Assembly: GCA_963726195.1 (NCBI GenBank)
Contig: CAVSBO010000003.1
Coordinates: forward strand, 224,001-288,000
Source: Candidatus Thorarchaeota archaeon
GTDB taxonomy: Archaea > Asgardarchaeota > Thorarchaeia > Thorarchaeales > Thorarchaeaceae
Reading direction: 5' to 3'
DNA length: 64,000 bases
Part shown: positions 42,820 to 51,293 of the stretch, piece after piece
Numbering within the stretch: the stretch's first letter is position 1
Layout of the letters: each line of letters begins with the position of its first letter
Position numbers and translations under genes: made by a program
The notes under the pieces: model-generated
Database searches by the model: none
The model's input: the letters and a program-made list of their open reading frames with translations, nothing else
Told to the model about the DNA's origin: nothing

Positions 42820-43109
42820 TTTCCTTCACCCCCGAACGCATCACGGACCCAGTCTATCTCGCGACGTCCACCCTTTCTCGGCTTTCCAGGCTTGCCTGGT
42901 TCAATCGCCACCACTACATCTCGGACTCCGAGCGTTCCGTCCTTGATGTACAGAGTGACGAGAATCTCATGCTCATTGTCGCATTTGGTCAGAAGAGTTG
43001 GCGACCGTCCTTTCTCCACGATACTCTTCTTTATGGACTCCACTTCTTCATCCTTCAGGCTTAACGAAGCACTGGAGGAACACTCCGGGCATGAGAACTT
43101 GAGCAGCAT
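42813..43109 (-). CDS. Small Zn-binding protein (CPxC...CxxxH...VR)
   Basis: CPEC, CDNEH, GVRD; GAGGT SD. Confidence 0.75.
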   Translation of the reverse strand: MLLKFSCPECSSSASLSLKDEEVESIKKSIVEKGRSPTLLTKCDNEHEILVTLYIKDGTLGVRDVVVAIEPGKPGKPRKGGRREIDWVRDAFGGEGKR

Positions 43110-43215
43110 GGAAAAGACCTCTGTTCTTTCATACGTTTTTCTTGTAACTGCTGCGGACCTTCTACGAATTCACAAAGACAGTGCATTTAACGAAATCTTG
43201 TGCTTATCACTCGAG

Positions 43216-43243
43216 AGACCAGTCAACGGACACTGACTGGTCT
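43216..43243. promoter_or_regulatory. Perfect 10-bp inverted repeat in a divergent intergenic region
   Basis: AGACCAGTCA-N8-TGACTGGTCT. Confidence 0.45.
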
Positions 43244-43481
43244 GAACACGAATGTCAAAGAGCAGGTCTGACAGAAGAGAGACCCATTACAGCATGGCAG
43301 CGTCAGCTGTCTCTGTGCCCCTCCGAAGACTCAAGGTGCATATGCGCGTCAATGGAGAGAACCCTGTCTGAATAGGATGCGAATGCAAACATACGTTTGT
43401 GCCTATCCTAATGCTTATGTGATGGGACATGAATCGTCTCTCATATCTTCTTGAGAGATGCCTTGAGGGAGAAAGTTCACG

Positions 43482-45389
43482 ATGACCGTCGAAGATGTCA
43501 TGAGAACGGATGGCGGCAGGGCACTGATGCTTGCAAACGAAGCCGTCGTCAGAGGAGCTCTGGAAGCTGACGTGAAGGTTGTATCATGCTATCCCGGTAG
43601 TCCGACCTCAGAAATACTGGATACATTCAGTGATGTGCTTCAGCACTTCGGCGATTACAGGATGCACATAGCAGCCAACGAGAAGGTTGCTCTGGAAACC
43701 GTCGCTGGAGCATCGATGGCGGGATTGAGATCTCTCACTTCCATGAAAAGCGTCGGCATGAATGTCGCTAGTGATGCACTCTTCAGTATTGCATACACGG
43801 GAGTGAACGCAGGGTGCGTTTGCGTGGTCGCTGATGATCCGCACGCTCACTCGTCCCAGTCCGAACAAGACGGCCGCTACTTTGCGGAGCCATCCTACAC
43901 ACCAATGATTGAGCCATCCACCGCGCAGGAAGCCTACGACATGACCAAATGGGCTTTCGAGGTCTCGAGCAAGTACAAGACCGTCGTCATAGTAAGAACC
44001 ACAACGAGAGTTAACCATCAACGAGGAATGGTCAAGCTCGGTGACCTGAGGCGCACCCCTTTCAAGAAGAACAAATGGTCGGAGGTCAAGGGTCAGTACT
44101 TCACGGTTGGTGCTGTTGCTAGAGCACTCAAGGCGAAACTCCTGACGAAGATTGAGAACATGAAACCGGAGTTCGAAGACTCCAGGTTCAATGTCGTCGA
44201 GGAGGGACAAGGCAAGATCGGAATCATCACGGGAGGGGTCTCATATCTTCATACCAAGGAGGCCATGAAGAACCTCGGTGTCAGCCTGCCTATTCTGAAA
44301 ATCGGAACCGTCTATCCGCTCCCTGAGAAAAAGATTGCCGCTTTTCTCAAGCGTCTCGACACAGTAATTGTCGTTGAAGAACTCACTCCGTATTTTGAAC
44401 TTCGAGTGACTGCTATTGCCAAGGACGCGAACGCGAAAGTACGGATTATTGGAAAGCGCAGTGGTGACTTCAGTGAGATGCTTGAGTACAACGTCCCCAT
44501 TGTTGAAAAGGTTCTTGCGAAAACTCTCAAGAAGCCACTGAGCACTGACTACGACGCTGTTGTGAAACGTGCTGATCAACTGAAGTCGATTCTGCCTGAG
44601 CGTAATCCCATCTTCTGCCCCGGGTGTCCTCATAGAGGAACACTTTGGGCTTTTAGGCAGGCACTGTCTCGGGTTCGGATTCGTGAGAAGATTGTCTTCA
44701 ATAATGACATTGGCTGTTACTCAATGGCTTTCCTTGCTCCCAACAACTTCAGTGATTCCATGCTGTCGATGGGTTCGTCCGTGGGTGTTTCAGCAGGCAT
44801 GGAGATGGCTCTTGAGGACAAGGTCGTAGCGATGGTGGGTGATTCTACTCTCTACCACGCGGCTCTGCCCGGGATTGTCAACTTGATCCACCACAGCGCG
44901 AATGTCACGCTATTCGTGCTCGACAACAGCGTCACTGCAATGACCGGGCAGCAGTACAATCCCAATAGCCCTCTCAATGCTGGAGAACAGCCGGCTAAGA
45001 AGATTAACATGGAGAAGATGTTTGAAGCACTTGGAGCAGACAGCGTCACTGTAATCGATCCCTATCACACTCGTGATTGCGTGAAGCCTATCATAGATGC
45101 TCTTCAGAGCAAGGGCTTCTCGGTCATCATTTCGCGTCGCGAGTGTGCGCTTTATGGAGACCGCCTTCGCAAGGAACGGAACGAACCCATTATTCCAAGT
45201 GTGACTGACAAGAACATATGCCGCAGTATTTACAACTGCGTCAAGGAGTTTTACTGCCCGGCCATCACCGTCGACGAATCAGACTCCAAGATGCGGATTC
45301 AGACCGATCTGTGTGACGGTTGTCTGGAGTGTAGACAGGTTTGCCCAACCGGAGCTCCGGCCCACATCGACGGTACAACAACGAGGTGA
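43482..45389 (+). CDS. iorA: Indolepyruvate:ferredoxin oxidoreductase alpha subunit
   Basis: YPGSPTSE, NEKVALE, SSQSEQD, CPGCPH, DIGCY, GDST, TAMTG, C-terminal ferredoxin motif. Confidence 0.95.
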   Translation: MTVEDVMRTDGGRALMLANEAVVRGALEADVKVVSCYPGSPTSEILDTFSDVLQHFGDYRMHIAANEKVALETVAGASMAGLRSLTSMKSVGMNVASDALFSIAYTGVNAGCVCVVADDPHAHSSQSEQDGRYFAEPSYTPMIEPSTAQEAYDMTKWAFEVSSKYKTVVIVRTTTRVNHQRGMVKLGDLRRTPFKKNKWSEVKGQYFTVGAVARALKAKLLTKIENMKPEFEDSRFNVVEEGQGKIGIITGGVSYLHTKEAMKNLGVSLPILKIGTVYPLPEKKIAAFLKRLDTVIVVEELTPYFELRVTAIAKDANAKVRIIGKRSGDFSEMLEYNVPIVEKVLAKTLKKPLSTDYDAVVKRADQLKSILPERNPIFCPGCPHRGTLWAFRQALSRVRIREKIVFNNDIGCYSMAFLAPNNFSDSMLSMGSSVGVSAGMEMALEDKVVAMVGDSTLYHAALPGIVNLIHHSANVTLFVLDNSVTAMTGQQYNPNSPLNAGEQPAKKINMEKMFEALGADSVTVIDPYHTRDCVKPIIDALQSKGFSVIISRRECALYGDRLRKERNEPIIPSVTDKNICRSIYNCVKEFYCPAITVDESDSKMRIQTDLCDGCLECRQVCPTGAPAHIDGTTTR

Positions 45390-46021
45390 TGAGGATGAAG
45401 GATACGTACAACATCATGTTTTGCGGCGTCGGGGGGCAGGGGCTCATGCTCCTCTCGTCAATCCTAGGAAAAGCGGCAGTCGATTCAGGCATGGAAGCGA
45501 TGACAGGCGAACAACACGGCCTCTCACAACGAAGCGGTTCCATCTATGTGCACTTCAGAGTTGGCAAGCCCATCTCACCCCTGATACCCTATGGCAAGGC
45601 CGACCTCGTGATTGCAATGGAGGCCACAGAAGCTTTGAGATACATAGAGTACCTGAAGGATGGCGGCGTCGTAATAATGAGCAACCGCATCATGCCTCCA
45701 CCGTCTGAGACTGAAGAGGTGGCGCTCGACAAGGAGAAGAAGAAGAAGTACATCAAGCTTCAGGACATTGTAGAGAAGATAAACACGGTCACAAACAAGG
45801 TGGTTGCTCTTGACTCACTTCAACTAGCCACAAAGGCTGGAAACCCGAGGGCTGAGAACTCTGTGCTCGTCGGAGCGGCTTGTGCATGTCCGGACTTTCC
45901 CATACCTGTTGAGGCTGTTAGGAAAGCCCTACTCGCGCTGGTTCCTAAGAAAACCGCAGAGGCAAACTCTGCTGCATTCGATCTCGGGCGCGAGGCAGGC
46001 GGCACCTGCTTGGAGATATGA
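45389..46021 (+). CDS. iorB: Indolepyruvate:ferredoxin oxidoreductase beta subunit
   Basis: GVGGQG, HGLSQRSGS, EALR; start overlaps the iorA stop. Confidence 0.93.
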   Translation: MRMKDTYNIMFCGVGGQGLMLLSSILGKAAVDSGMEAMTGEQHGLSQRSGSIYVHFRVGKPISPLIPYGKADLVIAMEATEALRYIEYLKDGGVVIMSNRIMPPPSETEEVALDKEKKKKYIKLQDIVEKINTVTNKVVALDSLQLATKAGNPRAENSVLVGAACACPDFPIPVEAVRKALLALVPKKTAEANSAAFDLGREAGGTCLEI

Positions 46022-46120
46022 AGCGAAACTAAACATGTATTCGTACCTTCATGTTCCGTCGTAGGTCAGCTGGATAGAGATATTAAAGAGACTTCACACG
46101 AGTCACGTTGAGGGAATACA

Positions 46121-47134
46121 TTGAGCGCCTCGAAGCTCTATGATACGATTGTGATAGGCGGCGGTCCGGCCGGTTGCTCGGCGGCACTTCATCTTGCATA
46201 CCACAAGCGATCAGTGTTAGTTCTCGACAGGGGAACCAGTCCAATGTGTTTTCATACGAACTCGATAATGAACTATGCCGCAGGGCCCACATATTTCGAG
46301 GGACGAACCCTATTGCGCCAGCTTCAGGGGCTCGCCGAGTCAGCGGGTGCGAGTTTCAAGGCCGCTGATGTTGTCGAGATTAGCAGGAGATACCCTGATT
46401 TCAAACTCAGAACCGAGAAGAGTTATCGAACAAACGACGAATCCGACTATCACTGCAAGACGCTCATCTTCGCGACAGGCACCGCACGAAAACATCCATT
46501 GGTCGATGGCAAATGGAGACTCTGGCTGCCAGTCGCCGGTGTCGGGAACGCTGCATTCTACTGTCCGGACTGTGAGGCGCCCTTGTGCAAGGACAAGGAT
46601 GTACTTGTTGTGAATGCTGGTTCTGTCGGTAGCGCCCTTCATGTTGCTAACGCAGTTAGTAGGTTTACCAAGAAAGTCAGAATCCTAATGACGGAAGACG
46701 CCTTTGTCCCCTATGCTGAACAGGATTTGTCCAAGCTCGAAGCCTCACCGTTCGAGTGGACCCATGGCAAGATAAAGTCAGTAGAGTTTCCGAGACCTGG
46801 TAGGGTTCAATCACTGACGCTTACGTCAGGAGAAAAAACCAAAGCAGAGGTCTTCTTTGTTGCTCATGTCGCAAGAGCGAGATCCGAGCTTGCCCAGAGC
46901 ATCGGAATCCAGGTAGACGAGAGGGGAAACATCATTACTGACCATAGAGGAAAGACCAATATCGAAGGCATCTGGGCAGCTGGCGACGTGAGACCAATCA
47001 CGCAGCAAGTCGCGATGGCAGTTGGTACAGGCAATTATGCAGCACTGATGATTGATCAGTTCCTAGGCAATGATTATGAAAGCGAGCAAACGTTTGACCA
47101 CCCAGAATCTCGCGGTCTACTGCACCCGGACTAG
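46121..47134 (+). CDS. TrxR-like FAD-dependent disulfide oxidoreductase
   Basis: GGGPAG, ATG, YCPDCE, WAAGD, QVAMAVGTG. Confidence 0.85.
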   Translation: MSASKLYDTIVIGGGPAGCSAALHLAYHKRSVLVLDRGTSPMCFHTNSIMNYAAGPTYFEGRTLLRQLQGLAESAGASFKAADVVEISRRYPDFKLRTEKSYRTNDESDYHCKTLIFATGTARKHPLVDGKWRLWLPVAGVGNAAFYCPDCEAPLCKDKDVLVVNAGSVGSALHVANAVSRFTKKVRILMTEDAFVPYAEQDLSKLEASPFEWTHGKIKSVEFPRPGRVQSLTLTSGEKTKAEVFFVAHVARARSELAQSIGIQVDERGNIITDHRGKTNIEGIWAAGDVRPITQQVAMAVGTGNYAALMIDQFLGNDYESEQTFDHPESRGLLHPD

Positions 47135-47233
47135 ATCGGCGTCGGAGAAACGTCTGCGTACCAATTGCTTAGTGCATAGGTTTTTAAGGTGGTTTACTAT
47201 TGTTAACCCAACGCTAAGAGGAGATTGATAATA

Positions 47234-47722
47234 ATGGCGACAACCGGCAGTCGAAAGATAGCGGAATTGCTTAAGCAGCAAATAGAGGTAGAGAAGCGAA
47301 CGCTTGACATAATCAAGAAAGCCGAAGAGAGCACCGATGAGATGGCTGTAAAGCTAGTATTCATGGACGTTAGATTCGACACAGACAAGCATGCCCAGTT
47401 TCTGCAAGGAATTGTTGACATGCTGGATGAGATGCCTTGCGATCAATGGAGTGCAAAGGTGCAGCGATATGCGGACAGAGTGAATCTGCAAAGAAAGATT
47501 AAGGACATAGTCGCCGGAGAAGACAGCATGACTGATCTTGTATCGAAGGCCTTGAAGCTCACAAACGATCAGATTGCGAAGCTTCTGTTGACTCACCTCA
47601 AGGAGGACGAAGTGAAGCACAGCAAGAACTTGACCGAGATCGCCCGCGTTGTTCAGACGATGCCGCTTCAGAGCAAGAAGGCAGAGAAAGGAACTGACAT
47701 CGTATGCAAAACGGACGAGTAG
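47234..47722 (+). CDS. Ferritin/rubrerythrin-like protein (paralog of 39826)
   Basis: DTDKH and DEVKH helix pairs. Confidence 0.75.
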   Translation: MATTGSRKIAELLKQQIEVEKRTLDIIKKAEESTDEMAVKLVFMDVRFDTDKHAQFLQGIVDMLDEMPCDQWSAKVQRYADRVNLQRKIKDIVAGEDSMTDLVSKALKLTNDQIAKLLLTHLKEDEVKHSKNLTEIARVVQTMPLQSKKAEKGTDIVCKTDE

Positions 47723-47817
47723 CCAGTAGTCCAGTAACATGCAGACGTGCCAATGGTATGTCGTCTCCTTTCGGTTGAAGGTATTGACTCTGAGCAACAG
47801 CAAGTAGTGATTGTGAG

Positions 47818-48303
47818 GTGCAAAAGATGCCAACACTAAGTGATGTCCGGACTGACTGTATGTCGTGCACTGAGTATATTGAGAAAATGAAGCCCTCCTA
47901 TCGCGGAGGCTTCAGAAGACAGGCTGAAGAGTACAAGCTGGACAAGAAGGTCGTAGAGAAACTGAAGCCCTATGCGAAGGACTACGTGCTTGTGGCTATC
48001 TTCGCTGACTGGTGCAGCGATGCGGCAAAGGCAGTACCTGTGCTCTCTCTCCTCGAGAAACAGATCGGGATACAGGTCAGGGCTCTCGGTGGTATGGAGA
48101 AACCTCCCTACGGTTCGCCGAAATTCTGGGCTGTGCCGCCAAGTCCGGAGGAAGTGGATGTCTTTGGCATAACTAGCAGCCCGACCATAATCGTGTTCAA
48201 GAAGACTGGAGAAGAGGTTGGGCGCATAAAGACAAGGCCCAAGATGACTTCCACTGTAGAAGCTGAGATCCTGAAGATAATCGAGGATACTAGACACACT
48301 TAG
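47818..48303 (+). CDS. Thioredoxin-family protein (WCxD type)
   Basis: ADWCSDA, SPTIIVF..GEEVGRI..RP. Confidence 0.8.
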   Translation: MQKMPTLSDVRTDCMSCTEYIEKMKPSYRGGFRRQAEEYKLDKKVVEKLKPYAKDYVLVAIFADWCSDAAKAVPVLSLLEKQIGIQVRALGGMEKPPYGSPKFWAVPPSPEEVDVFGITSSPTIIVFKKTGEEVGRIKTRPKMTSTVEAEILKIIEDTRHT

Positions 48304-48403
48304 AGCGCCGTCGAGACGATGACCTTCTGGTTGTGCTGTTCTGCTGCTGGACACCTAAAGCGACCGCACTGCTTATGACTTCGCGACACCATGATGTGTC
48401 TGA

Positions 48404-49440
48404 GTGAGACCTGTGCCTAGGACCTCCGAAGAAATCACCCCGGGCATCTCAACTATCGACTGGCTCCTTCAGCCCGAGGACCCTTCTGTTCGCTATCATA
48501 CTCTGCTTGATCTCGTAGGACGTTCGGCGACCGATTCAGAGGTCAAGAATGCAAGAGAAGCTGTTCGACACAGTCAACTAGTGACTGAGATTCTCAGACA
48601 TCAGCTGCCCGACGGCTCTTGGCGTGGAACTCGAGGCGACCTGTGGGAAGAGAAAGGAACCGTGTTCTCACTCTTGTTGCTAGGTGAGATGGGTGTGGAG
48701 GCCGGAGAAGCCACAGGAAAAGCTCTGGACTTCCTGCACGAGCACTACCAGCTGGCGACAGGAAGGATAACGTACAGACCTGCTGACAGCCCGCGACGTA
48801 AACAGGACACGTCTACCTGGATGTGGTGCATTACAGCAATCGCTCTTCGTGCCGCTCTGCTCCTTGGTCATATGGATCATCCATTGACCCAAGCGGCCAT
48901 CAACTTCCTCGAAGAAACCCACGAAGACAAAGGGGGCTGGCACTGCTCGGTCTACTCAGGCGACCCAGCGAAGGTTCGTCCGCCGAATTGCTACATGGGT
49001 GGCATCAAGGCGCTAGGTGCCATTTCACTCATCCCACCTGACAAGAGGTCTAAGAAAAGCCGAGCAATTGTCAATCAAGAGACGGAGACCTGCCTTGAGA
49101 ATCATGTGCACTTTTACCGTGTTGATCCAAAGGGGCGGCCTGCCATCAAGCGTGCTTGGCTCAAGTTTGCCTTCCCCAGATACTGGAGAAGTGATGCCCT
49201 AGAAGCAACGGACGTTCTGACAACCCTCGGCGTACGTGACGAGCGAATGCAGGAAGCTCTCGAGCTTATCCGAAGCAAGCAGCAACCTGACGGACGTTGG
49301 CTTCTCGACTTCTCAGAAACCAAACGAGCTGGGTCCAGCTCGATGAGGAAGGTACGCCTAGCAAGTGGGTCACATTGCGTGCGCTTCGTGCTCTGCACAA
49401 CGCGGAGAATGCATCTAGGATAAGCCGTCCAGATGTCTAG
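48404..49440 (+). CDS. Prenyltransferase/terpene-cyclase-like alpha-alpha toroid repeat protein (frameshift near 49330)
   Basis: WLL..DPSVRY, QxPDGxW repeats, FPRYWRSD; the shifted frame gives GTPSKWVTLRAL, stop at 49440. Confidence 0.75.
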
Positions 49441-49552
49441 TTAGTCTCACCAATTCCTCAACTTATGCGAACCTCACAGGATCCTATCCTGAAACGTGTT
49501 CAACCTAATTGTGCCACTGACAATTGACAAGAGCAGTTTGCTTGTGTGTTGC

Positions 49553-49593
49553 AAGAAAGAGATCCCCAGCTCCTATTGCCGGAGCCGAGGGAT
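49553..49593 (-). terminator. Hairpin plus pyrimidine tract after the Pro/Ala-repeat gene
   Basis: - strand ATCCCTCGGCTCC-GGCAATA-GGAGCTGGGGAT-CTCTTTCTT; its G-U pairs form only on the - strand. Confidence 0.55.
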
Positions 49594-49648
49594 GATATCC
49601 AACTGAGCATTAGCTCAGAAATGAACGAACACCAGCTTGGTGATTACA

Positions 49649-50143
49649 CTAATCCTTCTTCTTGTACGGATTCTTATTCTTGAAGGGATTCTTTGGACCG
49701 TGCACCTTAACCTTGAATACGTCGCCCATCCCTTCTCCCTTCTTCTCGGGCTTCTTCTCAGCAGGCTTTGCTGGAGCAGGAGCTGGCTTGGGAGCCGGAG
49801 CTGGTGCTGGAGCTGGCTTAGGAGCTGGAGCAGGAGCTGGCTTGGGAGCCGGAGCTGGAGCAGGAGCTGGCTTAGGAGCTGGAGCAGGAGCTGGCTTCGG
49901 AGCCGGAGCTGGTGCTGGAGCTGGCTTGGGAGCCGGAGCTGGTGCTGGAGCTGGCCTAGGAGCTGGAGCAGGAGCTGGCTTGGGAGCCGGAGCTGGTGCT
50001 GGAGCTGGCCTAGGAGCTGGAGCAGGAGCTGGCTTCGGAGCCGGTGCTGGAGCAGGAGCTGGCTTGGGAGCCGGTGCTGGAGCGGGCTTCGGAGCCGGAG
50101 CTGGAGTCCCCTTCTCAGGTTTCTTCTTGTCTTTGTCGCTCAC
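49649..50143 (-). CDS. Pro/Ala/Lys-rich low-complexity protein
   Basis: GGAGGA SD before GTG 50143; MSDKDKKKPEKGT-(PA)nPK x13-...KNPFKNKNPYKKKD; synonymous variation among the repeats. Confidence 0.75.
   Translation of the reverse strand: MSDKDKKKPEKGTPAPAPKPAPAPAPKPAPAPAPAPKPAPAPAPRPAPAPAPAPKPAPAPAPRPAPAPAPAPKPAPAPAPAPKPAPAPAPKPAPAPAPAPKPAPAPAPKPAPAPAPAPKPAPAPAKPAEKKPEKKGEGMGDVFKVKVHGPKNPFKNKNPYKKKD
49768..50105 (-). repeat. Coding tandem repeat, 24/30-bp units encoding (PA)3-4-P-K/R
   Basis: Directly visible GGAGCTGG/GGAGCCGG/GGAGCAGG arrays. Confidence 0.95.
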
Positions 50144-50555
50144 ATCATAGTCCTCCACAAGGGAGTGCCCCTTTGGAGTCAAAGGGCTGAGCTGAGGCGT
50201 GAATTAGTTGCTATATGAGTTTACTGGCCTATGGAGAAAATGCCGGTTTTGCTGGCTCAAGCGACGATTTGATGCAACCGATTTGCTGCTATTGAAAAGG
50301 TGCTATGATTGGGATTGACGAGAACTTCTGCAGAGAAGCCATCGCTGTAACGAGGAACTATACTTCGTGTCGTTTTCTTTTTTTGCGCATCCTTACACAG
50401 GCTTATAAGCGAACATGGAGGACAAACATCCAGCAGGCGTTACAAGCTGAGAGTTCCTAAGTTGGAGTTTAGCAAGTGGTTCATCCCTTAAGCAACCCCG
50501 TGTAGAATGTCTAGTTTTGAAAGCCTGCAAATGCACTGATAAAGGGATATTGAAA

Positions 50556-51119
50556 ATGGATTTCGATACCGAGCCCGTAGAGGCAACTGTGGCAGAACTG
50601 AAGCCCAGTATGAGAAACTTGACCGTAACCTTCAAGGTGGTCGAGATTGGTGAGGAACGAGAAATCACCTCACGTGACACTGGAGAAGCTCATCGCGTAG
50701 TAGATGCGCGAGTTGGAGACTCCACTGGTACCGTCTTGGTCCCACTGTGGGACGAGGCCATCGACAACATGGAAGTCGAAAAGACTTACAAGTTGACCAA
50801 TGGCTATACCGGTCTCTTCAGGGGTAACCTAAGACTGAACATAGGCAAGTACGGTCAGGTTGGAGAAGCCGAGGAAGCTATCGAGGAAGTCAAGTCGGAC
50901 CTCGATATGTCTGCCGAAGAGCACGAGGATACCCGTCCCCCTAGGCGAAGCTTTGGCGGACGAGGCGGATACGGCGGCAGCGGTGGCGGTGGCAGTGGCG
51001 GCTATGGCGGCGAGCGTCGTGGCGGCTATGGCGGTGATGACCGTAGGAGTAGTGGCGGTGGATATGGTGGCCGCGACCGCAGAGGCGGTGGCAGCTACGG
51101 ACACCGCGACAGGCGCTAG
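50556..51119 (+). CDS. ssb: Single-OB ssDNA-binding protein (crenarchaeal/RPA-type) with Gly/Arg/Tyr-rich tail
   Basis: LKP..NL..KV, VGDSTG, LWD, NGYT..FRG.LRLNIGKYG; tail of RGG/YGG repeats. Confidence 0.88.
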   Translation: MDFDTEPVEATVAELKPSMRNLTVTFKVVEIGEEREITSRDTGEAHRVVDARVGDSTGTVLVPLWDEAIDNMEVEKTYKLTNGYTGLFRGNLRLNIGKYGQVGEAEEAIEEVKSDLDMSAEEHEDTRPPRRSFGGRGGYGGSGGGGSGGYGGERRGGYGGDDRRSSGGGYGGRDRRGGGSYGHRDRR

Positions 51120-51179
51120 TCCAGAACCAGAACGTACAAGCTAGAGTATGAGCTGGGCGCAACTGCCCGGCATACCAGT

Positions 51180-51215
51180 GAACTGCGTCTATCGGACGCA
51201 GTTCTTCTGTTTTTT
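51180..51215 (+). terminator. Intrinsic-type terminator after ssb
   Basis: GAACTGCGTC-TATCG-GACGCAGTTC followed by TTCTGTTTTTT. Confidence 0.7.
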
Positions 51216-51293
51216 CAGACAAATGAACACTCCAAGGAGTGTCGACCATTTAAGAGGAGGTTTGTTTCCAGCCGGGCTTGAGGCAAATAGCCC

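Noticed and set aside
34820-48303. Selenocysteine (TGA) recoding in the redox proteins
   Set aside because: The redox sites checked (CLFC, CPYC, CPHS, CALC, CPDC, WCSD, DsrE Cys) use ordinary codons; the Grx Ser is TCA
48404-49440. Squalene-hopene cyclase call
   Set aside because: Only about half the expected length and no DxDD motif; it is a stand-alone toroid-repeat family of unknown function
49768-50105. Possible CRISPR array
   Set aside because: No unique spacers; it is an in-frame coding repeat and no cas genes are present
49637-50218. Silk-like (GA)n and WSRS-repeat ORFs on the + strand
   Set aside because: Antisense shadows of the Pro/Ala repeat; the SD, terminator and synonymous variation all favour the - strand frame
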